Part shown: one piece after another, positions 1 to 8,723 of the stretch | How positions within the stretch are numbered: position 1 is the first letter of the stretch | Layout of the letters: each line of letters starts with the position of its first letter | Virus record (IMG/VR): IMGVR_UViG_3300032047_000013 | Span: 1 to 60,422 of that record | DNA from: a virus | Taxonomy: Duplodnaviria; Caudoviricetes | DNA: 60,422 nt | Direction: 5' to 3' (one strand) | Notes under the pieces: generated by a model | Database searches by the model: none | What the model saw: the letters and a program-made list of their open reading frames with translations, nothing else | Told to the model about the DNA's origin: nothing | Made by a program: the position numbers and the translations under genes

Positions 1-75
1 GCTGCCATCACCAAGAAGTATGGTGACCAGTTGAGTGAGAAGCAAGTAGCAGGACTCCAGAAGTTTGTACGATGA
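1..75 (+). CDS. 3' end of a truncated gene (possibly a ssDNA-annealing/recombination protein)
   Basis: Open frame AAITKKYGDQLSEKQVAGLQKFVR* from the window edge; its stop overlaps the next ATG. The function is only a guess from the neighbouring exonuclease. Confidence 0.35.
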   Translation, partial: AAITKKYGDQLSEKQVAGLQKFVR

Positions 76-221
76 AGAACGCACTACTAATCTCCGCCTT
101 TGTGTCTATGACATTGTCTCTGACGCTATGGTTTATGGGCAGTCAAATGGCTGGCCTGTACGTTGGGATCTGGTGTCCCACCATTCTTGCACTTGAATCC
201 TTTTTACCCAAAGGCAAGTGA
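72..221 (+). CDS. small two-TM membrane protein (49 aa, not in ORF track)
   Basis: MKNALLISAFVSMTLSLTLWFMGSQMAGLYVGIWCPTILALESFLPKGK*; ATGA/TGATG translational coupling at both ends. Confidence 0.6.
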   Translation: MKNALLISAFVSMTLSLTLWFMGSQMAGLYVGIWCPTILALESFLPKGK

Positions 222-505
222 TGAAAACCAAGCTCAACAAAGGTGGCCTGTTTATACCTCTGACGAATAGAGGTAAGGACAAGCGCCTGATACCTTGGTC
301 TCTCATTCACAAAGAAACAGTCATGAAGTCTGTCAAGCACTGCACATCACCCAAGTACGGCATAGACGTGTACGTAGTAGACAAAACAATCAATGGTCAA
401 AAGCTTAGTCAGGTGTTCCCTAACAAAAGGGAAGCCCTCAAAGCTATTGATATGCTACTAATCCGTAATGGGCGTGAGCCCGAACATATACTGAAACGAT
501 CATGA
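221..505 (+). CDS. hypothetical protein
   Basis: ORF track 218..505; the ATG at 221 overlaps the previous stop, and its stop overlaps the next start. Confidence 0.65.
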   Translation: MKTKLNKGGLFIPLTNRGKDKRLIPWSLIHKETVMKSVKHCTSPKYGIDVYVVDKTINGQKLSQVFPNKREALKAIDMLLIRNGREPEHILKRS

Positions 506-1266
506 CTATGCGAGAACAACTAACGGAGCGTGTGGGCAAGCCCCACCTCTCCTACTCCTCTCTCAAGTACGCTCTCGGAGACATGCGTCTCTGGGAGATG
601 TACATGAGGGGGCAACTGAAGAAAGAGTCTGAGGCCTTGACCTTTGGCTCTATGTATGACATGCTTTTGTTTGAACCAGACAAAGCCCACGACAAGTACG
701 TTGTGCTTGACGACCTAGCAATCGTTGACACAATCGGAGGTAAGTTCCCCCGCAACACTAAGCGCTACCGCGAATGGAAGGCTCAGTTTGCAGAGGAGCA
801 TGTGGGAAAGGAGGTAGTGGGCCAAGCTGACTGGAAGAAAGCGCATGAGATGATACAACGCCTCAGGGACTGCGGCCTCTATGACAAGAGGTTTGCAGGA
901 GGCAAGTATCAGGTAGAGTTCAACGTAGACGTTGATGGTGTCCCCCTCAAGGGATTTCTCGACTGCCTACAGGATGACTGCATCATTGACTCCAAGTCGT
1001 CACGCTCGATCGACAAGTTCAGGTACGACGTCAACAGCTGGAGCTATGACATCCAAGCATACATATACACCAAGGTATTTGACATACCTAATTTCTACTG
1101 GGTGGTTCAAGAGAAGGCCTTTCCCTTTTACCCTGCAGATGTTAAATGCACAGAGGAGACTCTGTTCCGAGGAGAGATGAAGTTTCATCAAGCCCTCGAA
1201 AACATCCAAGTGTACCTAAGTAGCGATAAAAAACCAGAAACACATTATGCAGAATTTGTGGTCTAA
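502..1266 (+). CDS. PD-(D/E)XK exonuclease (RecE/DUF3799/Cas4-like)
   Basis: HLSYSSLK, FGSMY, LKGFLDCL..IIDSKS and YDIQAYIY motifs, typical of phage exonuclease VIII-like proteins. Confidence 0.85.
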   Translation: MTMREQLTERVGKPHLSYSSLKYALGDMRLWEMYMRGQLKKESEALTFGSMYDMLLFEPDKAHDKYVVLDDLAIVDTIGGKFPRNTKRYREWKAQFAEEHVGKEVVGQADWKKAHEMIQRLRDCGLYDKRFAGGKYQVEFNVDVDGVPLKGFLDCLQDDCIIDSKSSRSIDKFRYDVNSWSYDIQAYIYTKVFDIPNFYWVVQEKAFPFYPADVKCTEETLFRGEMKFHQALENIQVYLSSDKKPETHYAEFVV

Positions 1267-1335
1267 AGTCAGAATTTTAATTTACGCAGTTATTTTTGTT
1301 TTCCTTAATTACACCTTTTTTAATTTCATCACATC

Positions 1336-1638
1336 ATGAGCGATAAGCAATATGATTCAGTACTCGTAGGGTACGCCGAAGAACCCCGTTACAATGACGA
1401 GGGCCAACTAATGTCTTGGAACGTCCGTTTCAAGGATAACGAACTCACCGAGATGGTTGAGAAATACGCTACATCCCGCAATGCCGAAGGGCAGGGTGGT
1501 AATCTGTACGTAACCATGTTTATGTCTAAGAACGGTAAGGCTTGCTGCCGCGTGTTCGATCCTAACAGCGCAGCTGCCAAGGAGAAGCGAGCGGCCAAGG
1601 CTGCCTCTCAGGAGACAACAAGTGACCTCCCCTTCTAA
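1336..1638 (+). CDS. putative single-stranded DNA-binding protein
   Basis: 100 aa, beta-rich, with an SSB-type C-terminal tail (TSDLPF); lies in the replication module. Confidence 0.6.
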   Translation: MSDKQYDSVLVGYAEEPRYNDEGQLMSWNVRFKDNELTEMVEKYATSRNAEGQGGNLYVTMFMSKNGKACCRVFDPNSAAAKEKRAAKAASQETTSDLPF

Positions 1639-1921
1639 GGGAGCACCTATCTACTACATGAGCGCTCGTGTCGCCTTCAAGAAAAAGAAGGTTGTACACG
1701 AGCGTCTTGTGTGGATAGTATCCGTCTTCGACAACCCCAATGACATACGCAACTATGACGCAAAAACAATGAGTAGAATCGAACAAGAGTTCTACGGAAA
1801 GACAAAGGCGGTCAGGAGCGTGATGATACGGGAGATCGTAGACAAGAAGCTTTTATCACATTCAAACCTAACACTCGATGAGCACAAGAAGCAGTATCAG
1901 GAGCAAATGCAAAGAACTTGA
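1622..1921 (+). CDS. hypothetical protein
   Basis: ORF track; fills the operon; the true start may be the ATG at 1658. Confidence 0.6.
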   Translation: MTSPSKGAPIYYMSARVAFKKKKVVHERLVWIVSVFDNPNDIRNYDAKTMSRIEQEFYGKTKAVRSVMIREIVDKKLLSHSNLTLDEHKKQYQEQMQRT

Positions 1922-2243
1922 GGAGTTACTCCTCTCGAAGAACGAAAAATATGGAAACTCAGCTCTTGAACCGCTGAATGTTTTCTCAGAGGCTGGGGCT
2001 GTCGCAGGCATCAAGATGCGTATCGACGACAAGCTCAAGCGAATCAAGAACGCAGGACTTGTAGATGCAACGGAGGACACGCTACAGGATCTTGCTGGTT
2101 ACCTAATCCTCCTCATGATTGCCAAAGAAAATGAAAGTCACGATATTCAAAAACGTCTACGACAAAACGAACCCACACCACATAGCTCTGGAAACCGCAC
2201 TGCAACGTATCCAGACAGGGAAGTCGTCTACGCTGGTATCTGA
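1878..2243 (+). CDS. nucleotide modification-associated domain 1 (DUF1599/Nmad1-like) protein
   Basis: LLLSKNEKYGNSAL..RIDDKLKRI..EDTLQDLAGYLIL signature. Confidence 0.75.
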   Translation: MSTRSSIRSKCKELEELLLSKNEKYGNSALEPLNVFSEAGAVAGIKMRIDDKLKRIKNAGLVDATEDTLQDLAGYLILLMIAKENESHDIQKRLRQNEPTPHSSGNRTATYPDREVVYAGI

Positions 2244-3927
2244 CGTCCGCAATGGCGATAAAGAGAAGAAGAAAGAGCTCCCTGTTGTATGTTTCAGCGG
2301 GGAGTTTTCGTCGAGATCCGATGACGCGCTCTTCGAGCATTCGGGATTTCTTGTTCTGGACTTTGACCACGTTGACGTTGACTCGACCAAGGCGGCCCTT
2401 GGCATGGACGATTTCATTCATTCATGCTGGACTTCGCCTAGTGGAAACGGCATCAAGGCGCTGGTCCATATCACGAACCCTGAGCGACACAGAGACCACT
2501 TTAGAGCGCTTGTCAAGTATTTCGAAAGAACCCATGGACTAGATCTTGACGAGTCAGGCATCAATGAGTCCCGTGCATGCTTTGAGTCATACGACCCAGA
2601 GATCATCATCAAAGATGACTACAACAAGTTCGGTCACTTTACTACTGAACATGCTGAGGCACAGACACCCACCAACGAAGCCTACGACTATACCGACTAC
2701 ATGAAGCTCAACCTAGCTGCCCGCATGATCAGGCAAGCTAAGGATGGGGAGAAATGGATTACGCTCAACAGGGCGGCTATCCTTTGTGGTGGTTACGTGG
2801 CCGCTGGACGTATGGAAGAGGAGGAAGTACTACGAGTCCTTTTCCGTGAGGTGTGCAAGCGCGAGGTAGACAACGAGGACCATGCCAAGCAGACAATCAT
2901 TGCTGGTGTCGAGAAGGGTAAGCAGATGCCCATCCGTGACATCATCGACGAGGAGAAGTCAGCACAGCGGGAGATGTTGCTTAGCGATGGCGACATGTCT
3001 TTTATCTCATCAGATGATGAGGACTTCCGATGGATCGACGACTTCTCACAGGGTAAGATTGAGATTGGTCTTGACACAGGCGACCCCAAGCTTGACGAGT
3101 TCTTCCGTTACAAGAAGGAGTTTGTCATTGTCAATGGTCACTCCAACGTGGGCAAGACCACCACTATGCTATACCTTATTGCCAACTCATCCATTCGTCA
3201 CGACTGGAAGTGGGTCATCTACTCCTCAGAGAACCGCACCGCATCCGTGAAGATGCAGCTCATGCAGTTCGCTATGGACAAGAAGGTTGCTGATATGACG
3301 TATGCTGAGCGCAAGCAGGCGTACAAGTGGGTGCAAGGCCACTTCACTATCATCAACAACAACCAGATCTACAGCTACAGTGATATCATCCTGTTCATGG
3401 AGAAGGTAATGCGACAGCAACCCGTAGACGCCATCTTCGTTGACCCCTACAACAGCCTCAAGCTGGACATGAAGGGCAGCGGTATTGGTGTACACGACTA
3501 CCACTACGAGGCAGCCAGTGAGTTCCTCACGTTCAGCAAGGCAAATGATGTAGCCGTGTGGCTCAACATGCATGCTGTTACTGAGGCTCAGCGTCGCAAG
3601 GGTCCTGATGGTCTACCTGTGGCTCCGTATGCTGAGGATACAGAGGGTGGCGGAAAGTTCGTAAACAGAGCGGATTGCTTCATGACGATTCACCGAAAGG
3701 TTCAAGCAATGGACCATGACATACGGAAACTCAGTGAGTTACATGTCCGCAAGGTCAGGGAGGTAGAAACAGGTGGTTCCCCTACTCCACTGGAGGATCC
3801 CTACTGCCTTCAAATGAATCTTTCGCACACTGGATTCACCAACAGATTGGGCCAAAGGGCTATGTTTAAGCCTATTACGTTCGAGGAGTCAACACAAATG
3901 CCCATAAACATGAGCTTCCTGAGTTGA
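2131..3927 (+). CDS. primase-helicase: VirE_N/BT4734-like primase domain fused to a DnaB-like SF4 helicase
   Basis: KKKELPVVCFSG, HSGFLVLDFDH, SPSGNGIK, SRACFESYDP (VirE_N); Walker A GHSNVGKT; FVDPYNSL. ATG at 2131 preferred over TTG at 2119. Confidence 0.85.
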   Translation: MKVTIFKNVYDKTNPHHIALETALQRIQTGKSSTLVSDVRNGDKEKKKELPVVCFSGEFSSRSDDALFEHSGFLVLDFDHVDVDSTKAALGMDDFIHSCWTSPSGNGIKALVHITNPERHRDHFRALVKYFERTHGLDLDESGINESRACFESYDPEIIIKDDYNKFGHFTTEHAEAQTPTNEAYDYTDYMKLNLAARMIRQAKDGEKWITLNRAAILCGGYVAAGRMEEEEVLRVLFREVCKREVDNEDHAKQTIIAGVEKGKQMPIRDIIDEEKSAQREMLLSDGDMSFISSDDEDFRWIDDFSQGKIEIGLDTGDPKLDEFFRYKKEFVIVNGHSNVGKTTTMLYLIANSSIRHDWKWVIYSSENRTASVKMQLMQFAMDKKVADMTYAERKQAYKWVQGHFTIINNNQIYSYSDIILFMEKVMRQQPVDAIFVDPYNSLKLDMKGSGIGVHDYHYEAASEFLTFSKANDVAVWLNMHAVTEAQRRKGPDGLPVAPYAEDTEGGGKFVNRADCFMTIHRKVQAMDHDIRKLSELHVRKVREVETGGSPTPLEDPYCLQMNLSHTGFTNRLGQRAMFKPITFEESTQMPINMSFLS

Positions 3928-3958
3928 CTTTCAAGATTTCCCTTGGTACCTTCACGAT

Positions 3959-4417
3959 ATGAAAAAACGGACAAAGACTCCGAAAAGGCGTTCAGCCAAG
4001 AAAAAAAATCTCGGAAGGTACGCTAGTGGACTAGAGAAGTATTGTGCTGACCAGCTCAAAGAATACGGGCTAGCTTTTGATTATGAAGAACACCAGTTCG
4101 AATTGATGGAAAGGTTTCGGTACCCCAACAAGTACTTCAAGATGACTTCCAAAGGTAAGGAGATGGCAGATCGAACAGGGTCTGTCATCCTCCCTATCAC
4201 TTACAAGCCCGACTTCGTCGGCAGAGACCACGACTGGATCATAGAAACAAAGGGTTATTTGCCTTCTCATCATGATTTTACGATGAGGTGGAAACTTTTT
4301 CTTCGCCATCTAGTTGGAAATCAAGCCAAAACGATTGTATTTTTAGCCAAGAATAGCGGTCAAGTAGACAAAGCTATCCAAGAAATCCTACAATCAATCA
4401 AAAATGGAGATATCTAA
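3959..4417 (+). CDS. T7 endonuclease I-like Holliday junction resolvase
   Basis: YASGLE, YE, YKPDF, IIETKG motifs. Confidence 0.8.
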   Translation: MKKRTKTPKRRSAKKKNLGRYASGLEKYCADQLKEYGLAFDYEEHQFELMERFRYPNKYFKMTSKGKEMADRTGSVILPITYKPDFVGRDHDWIIETKGYLPSHHDFTMRWKLFLRHLVGNQAKTIVFLAKNSGQVDKAIQEILQSIKNGDI

Positions 4418-4631
4418 ACTAAGCTGGTACTATTACCATGCTTGTGATAGGATTCATGAGGTCGTGGACGACCTGTATGAGGCCTTGCATGAAGAGACGG
4501 GTGTTCCGAAGGAAGAGTTGGCACTAGTGGAGGAGGCTTTAGAGGGTGTGAAGATGGCAATTTATCAGGAGTTGGACTTGATTAAATCTGCATCAGATGA
4601 GCACCAGTCAGGCGCGAAGGAGGTACAGTAA
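4404..4631 (+). CDS. hypothetical acidic helical protein
   Basis: ORF track; overlaps both neighbours. Confidence 0.6.
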   Translation: MEISKLSWYYYHACDRIHEVVDDLYEALHEETGVPKEELALVEEALEGVKMAIYQELDLIKSASDEHQSGAKEVQ

Positions 4632-5100
4632 CTCCACGGGCCGTATGGCCGAGGTTAGATTCCAAAGGTCGGCTAGGGCCAAAGGATTATTTGTAACCAA
4701 GTCTAGCCGCAACGAAGACATGCACCAGCACATAGACTACTGGCTGGCAATGTCTGAGTCTGGATCTAAATGGGGTGTGGATGTAAAAGGCAATAACCTC
4801 CCAGATGAGATTTGGTGTGAGTTCAAAAATGTAGCTGGAAATCCAGGATGGATGTACGGCGGGGCTACAATCATAGCTTTTGATATGCCAGAGGAAGGCG
4901 GGTTCTCCATAGTAGACAGGGAGGAGCTCGCCCTTTTTTGTGAGAAGAATGTAAAAGACGAGGCTGTCACCGATAAGAAGAATGCGTACCTAAAAAGGTA
5001 CACCCGAAAGGACCGTCAGGACGTCATCACTATACTTAAGTTGCACGATATCAAGACGTTAGTTTCTTATCGTGTCTGGGAGTACGACCAGAATTATTGA
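4597..5100 (+). CDS. putative PD-(D/E)XK nuclease
   Basis: GRMAE..F, HIDYW, VDVKG, EFKN..GNPGW pattern. Confidence 0.65.
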   Translation: MSTSQARRRYSNSTGRMAEVRFQRSARAKGLFVTKSSRNEDMHQHIDYWLAMSESGSKWGVDVKGNNLPDEIWCEFKNVAGNPGWMYGGATIIAFDMPEEGGFSIVDREELALFCEKNVKDEAVTDKKNAYLKRYTRKDRQDVITILKLHDIKTLVSYRVWEYDQNY

Positions 5101-5101
5101 G

Positions 5102-5109
5102 TATCTTTG
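5102..5109 (+). promoter_or_regulatory. Bacteroidota sigma-ABfr -7 element TATCTTTG
   Basis: Matches TAnnTTTG, 7 nt before the ATG at 5117. Confidence 0.6.
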
Positions 5110-5116
5110 ATACCCC

Positions 5117-5326
5117 ATGAAAACAAACCGACACAAACAAATCAAGATGAATATAGATAGACTTCTTGAGCAGAACGCTAAGTATCAAGCCGCACATAAC
5201 TGCGTGACAAACACACCAGAGAGGCAGAAAGAGATCGACGATTACTGCAATAAGAACTTTATTGATCCCATCAGAAACATTGATTGTCGGACTCATGCCT
5301 TGATCGCCAAACAAAGCGACACATAA
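5117..5326 (+). CDS. hypothetical protein
   Basis: ORF track; has its own promoter motif. Confidence 0.6.
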   Translation: MKTNRHKQIKMNIDRLLEQNAKYQAAHNCVTNTPERQKEIDDYCNKNFIDPIRNIDCRTHALIAKQSDT

Positions 5327-5348
5327 TAAGGCATTGATCGGTTGTTTG

Positions 5349-5356
5349 TATCTTTG
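5349..5356 (+). promoter_or_regulatory. Bacteroidota -7 element TATCTTTG upstream of the M43 protease gene
   Basis: Intergenic match to TAnnTTTG. Confidence 0.6.
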
Positions 5357-5379
5357 AATGCTAATCTAATTCGAGATAC

Positions 5380-7140
5380 ATGTTCAACTTTAAGTTCATT
5401 TACTTCATCCTCATTACGCTGTGGTTTGTACAGCTGGATGAGATGTTTGGTCAGGAGGAGTGCATTCAGATGCACACCAAGACACAGATCATGGGGCTCA
5501 AGAAGAGGGCCGATGTAAACCTTGAAGATGTACAGGTTCAGACGCTGCCCATTGTGTTTCACGTTGTGCATACTGGAGCGGGCGAGCCCAACAACATTTC
5601 TGACGATCAAATCCTTTCTCAGGTAGATGTACTGAACGAGGAGTTCGCTGACAGCAAGATTCAGTTCTGCATGGCTGTGCGTGACCCTGACGGCAACCCA
5701 ACGAACGGGATAACTAGGTACGATGCCAGCTGGAACGAGGACTACGTGACTGGGGGTATAGGTAACACCCCCTCAAATCTTGATCCAGTAGGGTGGGAGC
5801 AGACGCAGCTTAAGTCAGCTGCTGGGTGCTGGAATCCTGACGAGTACATCAACTACTACGTAGTCTCAGAGATCAACGGCAATGACGGAAACAATGGAGT
5901 GCAGGGCTACGCATACCTAGGCCCGACAGGTGACTGTAGAGACGGCGTTGTTGTCCTGTACAATGCTACAGGAACCGTAGGGGTGCAGAAGCCTGGAAGA
6001 ACGTTGGGGTTTACAGGGGTACACGAAGTGGGGCACCACCTTTCTTTGTGGCATACGTTCTCCAACACATCCTCGTGTACTTCAGAAAGTAACTGTGAGA
6101 CTCAAGGCGATCAGGTGTGTGACACGCCTACCACTACCTCTAACTCCACAGCTCAGTGTGACGGTGGCGTATGCCCAGACGCCCTTGTAAACAACTTCAT
6201 GGACTACAGCTCTGAGACGTGTAAGGATGCCTTTACTGTGGGTCAGGCTGAGCGCATGCACGAGATGCTTCAGAGCAGCAGACAAGGCCTTGTAGATAAT
6301 CTAGCATGTGTGCCTGTCGTAGACTACGACGTAACCGCTGGTGCCGCCTACTACCAACAAGAGTGGTGCGACCCATACCAAGACATCTGGGTTGATGTTA
6401 TCAATCAAGGCACTCAGCCCATTCCTTTTGTAGATGTCGAGATGTTCTGTAACGGTCCCCAGGAGGTGATCACTTTGTATGACTTACCGCCTGGATCTAC
6501 TCAGGTGCTCTTCGAGGAAGTCTATGTAGAAGGCGCAGATGAGTTTACCATCCAGACAATCTCTAGCCTTGACCAGTTCCCAGACAATGATGCCTCTTGG
6601 TGGCCTCTAGACGTTACAGAAGGAGATTTCATGGAGGTGTGGGTTACACCTGATGTCTTTGGCAACGAAACGTCTTGGGAGTTGAGGGACGGAGAAGGCG
6701 AGATTGTGCTGTCTGACGGTGGCTATGGCACCAACAGCAACGATACCTTCTACTATACAGCCTGTATCTTTGATGACTGCTATGTTTTTGAGATAGAAGA
6801 CACTGCGGGTGACGGATTCTGTACGGTTGACTTTGACAATGACGGCGTATGTGACATCGGTAGTGATGGAATCCTTGCTACTGTTGGCCTTGACACATTG
6901 GTCGACACGGGCTTTGGATTGCAGTTCGATGTAATTCAGTTTGAATTCTGTAACTCACTGTCTCAGTGCAACATGGACTACAACGGTGACGGCTACATAG
7001 GCAACACCGACGTGCTTGAGTTGCTTGTAGACATGGGGTGCGTTGGTGCTTGCTACACCGATCCAAACGATGACAATGTTGTAAACATCCAAGACCTGCT
7101 GCTCATGCTTGCAAGCACTGGTCCATGCCCTAAGGAATGA
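5380..7140 (+). CDS. secreted zinc metalloprotease, M43 (ulilysin/pappalysin) family, with C-terminal dockerin/EF-hand-like repeats
   Basis: Signal peptide; LPIVFHVVH, ISDDQILSQVDVLN, HEVGHHLSLWHTF, GDQVCDTP, Met-turn NFMDYS, FTVGQAERM; C-terminal DYNGDGYIGNTD and DPNDDNVVNIQD. Confidence 0.9.
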   Translation: MFNFKFIYFILITLWFVQLDEMFGQEECIQMHTKTQIMGLKKRADVNLEDVQVQTLPIVFHVVHTGAGEPNNISDDQILSQVDVLNEEFADSKIQFCMAVRDPDGNPTNGITRYDASWNEDYVTGGIGNTPSNLDPVGWEQTQLKSAAGCWNPDEYINYYVVSEINGNDGNNGVQGYAYLGPTGDCRDGVVVLYNATGTVGVQKPGRTLGFTGVHEVGHHLSLWHTFSNTSSCTSESNCETQGDQVCDTPTTTSNSTAQCDGGVCPDALVNNFMDYSSETCKDAFTVGQAERMHEMLQSSRQGLVDNLACVPVVDYDVTAGAAYYQQEWCDPYQDIWVDVINQGTQPIPFVDVEMFCNGPQEVITLYDLPPGSTQVLFEEVYVEGADEFTIQTISSLDQFPDNDASWWPLDVTEGDFMEVWVTPDVFGNETSWELRDGEGEIVLSDGGYGTNSNDTFYYTACIFDDCYVFEIEDTAGDGFCTVDFDNDGVCDIGSDGILATVGLDTLVDTGFGLQFDVIQFEFCNSLSQCNMDYNGDGYIGNTDVLELLVDMGCVGACYTDPNDDNVVNIQDLLLMLASTGPCPKE

Positions 7141-8072
7141 AAAAACTTATCTTTTTCCTCATGCCTCTGCTCAGCTACGGGCAGTGTGACATAGAGATAC
7201 TAGGATTCGATCCTATCTCCACGGACATCATGATGGTTGTCAACGGAGGTGCCTGCTGCACTGAGTCTGACAGCATCGGAGAGTTTATCCTAGCCCTTGG
7301 GTTCAATCCTCCTCAAGACGAATACCCCTGGCCCTGCTTTGGGGATCAAGACTGGATGCTGTTGCTCTACCCTCTAGACTTCCCTGGATTTGAAATGGGT
7401 CAGGGACCTGACAACATCTATCAGACTGGAGATACGATAGCCTTCAACATTATCGAAGATACACCTCTTGCTGGAAGCGGTACGCTACAGTGCTGGGAAC
7501 AAGCCCTTCAGGAAGGTATATTCATGGAGGACTGCATGGTCATTACGGTGTGGCAGATCAACGACAGCGAAACGTTAGACGGTAGCTCCGCAGGCATTGC
7601 AGGTTGCGACTACCCAGACGAGAACATACCTAACAGCTGGCTAGAGTTTTCTATGGAGGCCAACTGTGGACCGCCTCCTCCTCCCGTACCTAACGAGCCA
7701 CAACCATGGGAGCCCGTAGAGACAACGGATACAACAGACACGTCTGGACCTCCACCACCTGAGCCGCCCAACGTAGACGACTGTAAGGACCCGTGCATAT
7801 ACGTATCCAACGTATTCACGCCTAATGGCGACTACGTGAACGACACATGGAGGCCCGTTACAAAGCCTGACTGCTGGTGGAGATGGGAATGCAAGGTCTA
7901 CAACAGATGGGGTGCTGTAGTGTGGGAGAGCTATGATCCCCGTGACAAGTGGATGGGTGAGGGAGGCCTTTCCTATGTGCCTGACGGTGTTTACCTCTGG
8001 ACGATCAGGGGAACCACCTATAGATCAACCAAGGTTGTCAGCATGCAGGGTCATATAACGGTCTTCCGTTAA
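7137..8072 (+). CDS. secreted protein with T9SS type-B CTD (gliding motility-associated C-terminal domain, CHU_C)
   Basis: Signal peptide; Pro-rich linker; IYVSNVFTPNGDYVNDTW..VYNRWGAVVWES..W.G..VPDGVYLW..GHITVFR. Confidence 0.88.
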   Translation: MKKLIFFLMPLLSYGQCDIEILGFDPISTDIMMVVNGGACCTESDSIGEFILALGFNPPQDEYPWPCFGDQDWMLLLYPLDFPGFEMGQGPDNIYQTGDTIAFNIIEDTPLAGSGTLQCWEQALQEGIFMEDCMVITVWQINDSETLDGSSAGIAGCDYPDENIPNSWLEFSMEANCGPPPPPVPNEPQPWEPVETTDTTDTSGPPPPEPPNVDDCKDPCIYVSNVFTPNGDYVNDTWRPVTKPDCWWRWECKVYNRWGAVVWESYDPRDKWMGEGGLSYVPDGVYLWTIRGTTYRSTKVVSMQGHITVFR

Positions 8073-8434
8073 AAGTCGCTCATCAGGACCTCGTCGATCG
8101 CTTCCTGAACGTCACCTTTCGTAGCCTCCATCGTCATCATAATGTTGGCTTGGAATCTCTTCACCTCCTCTCCTTCGTTGAATACAACAATGGTTGGGAC
8201 AACTACAATCTTGTGCTCTTTTTGGAGGTCTGGAGAGGTGGCTATGTCTACACGACTAGTCTCACAGTCGCTAAGCTTTTCGATCCATGGTACACTGTTC
8301 TGTGAGTTAAACGAAGCGTTAAACTCAATCACGCATATGCCCGAACTGCAGGCTTCTTTCTCTTCAGCAACCCCCGCATAGGTGGCCACCAAGAAGAATG
8401 CAGAGAATACAAACAGGGTTAGTATTACTTTCAT
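8069..8434 (-). CDS. exported thioredoxin-fold protein lacking the CxxC motif
   Basis: Hydrophobic N-terminus; VIEFNASFN in place of WCxxC; VDIATSPDLQKEHKIVVVPTIVVFNEGEEVKRF. Confidence 0.7.
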   Translation of the reverse strand: MKVILTLFVFSAFFLVATYAGVAEEKEACSSGICVIEFNASFNSQNSVPWIEKLSDCETSRVDIATSPDLQKEHKIVVVPTIVVFNEGEEVKRFQANIMMTMEATKGDVQEAIDEVLMSDF

Positions 8435-8437
8435 TTT

Positions 8438-8722
8438 TCATTTTAGTTGGTCTATTTTTTCTTCGATCCTCTTCATGTCCTCTTTAATCTCAGTTACGTC
8501 CTCCTGGGTAGTCATGATTGTCTGACGGACGAGCTGGTCCTTCATGTCAAACTCCATGCGCGTAATCTCTGGAGCCAACGGCTCAGGCAGTTCTTTCGCC
8601 TCTGCTATGTCGGCCTGCAAAGCAAACCACATGCTTATCAATACACCCAGCCCTGTGACTGCCATACCTATAGTCTTTAGGTCCAGTGTGACCTTAGTGT
8701 CCTCCCCAATTTGCTGAGCCAT
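8438..8722 (-). CDS. single-TM coiled-coil membrane protein
   Basis: TM segment IGMAVTGLGVLISMWFAL; C-terminal heptads VTEIKEDMKRIEEKIDQLK. Confidence 0.65.
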   Translation of the reverse strand: MAQQIGEDTKVTLDLKTIGMAVTGLGVLISMWFALQADIAEAKELPEPLAPEITRMEFDMKDQLVRQTIMTTQEDVTEIKEDMKRIEEKIDQLK

Positions 8723-8723
8723 G

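Noticed and set aside
502-1266. Cas4 of a CRISPR system
   Set aside because: It lacks the four Fe-S cysteines and a cas context; it fits a phage recombination exonuclease.
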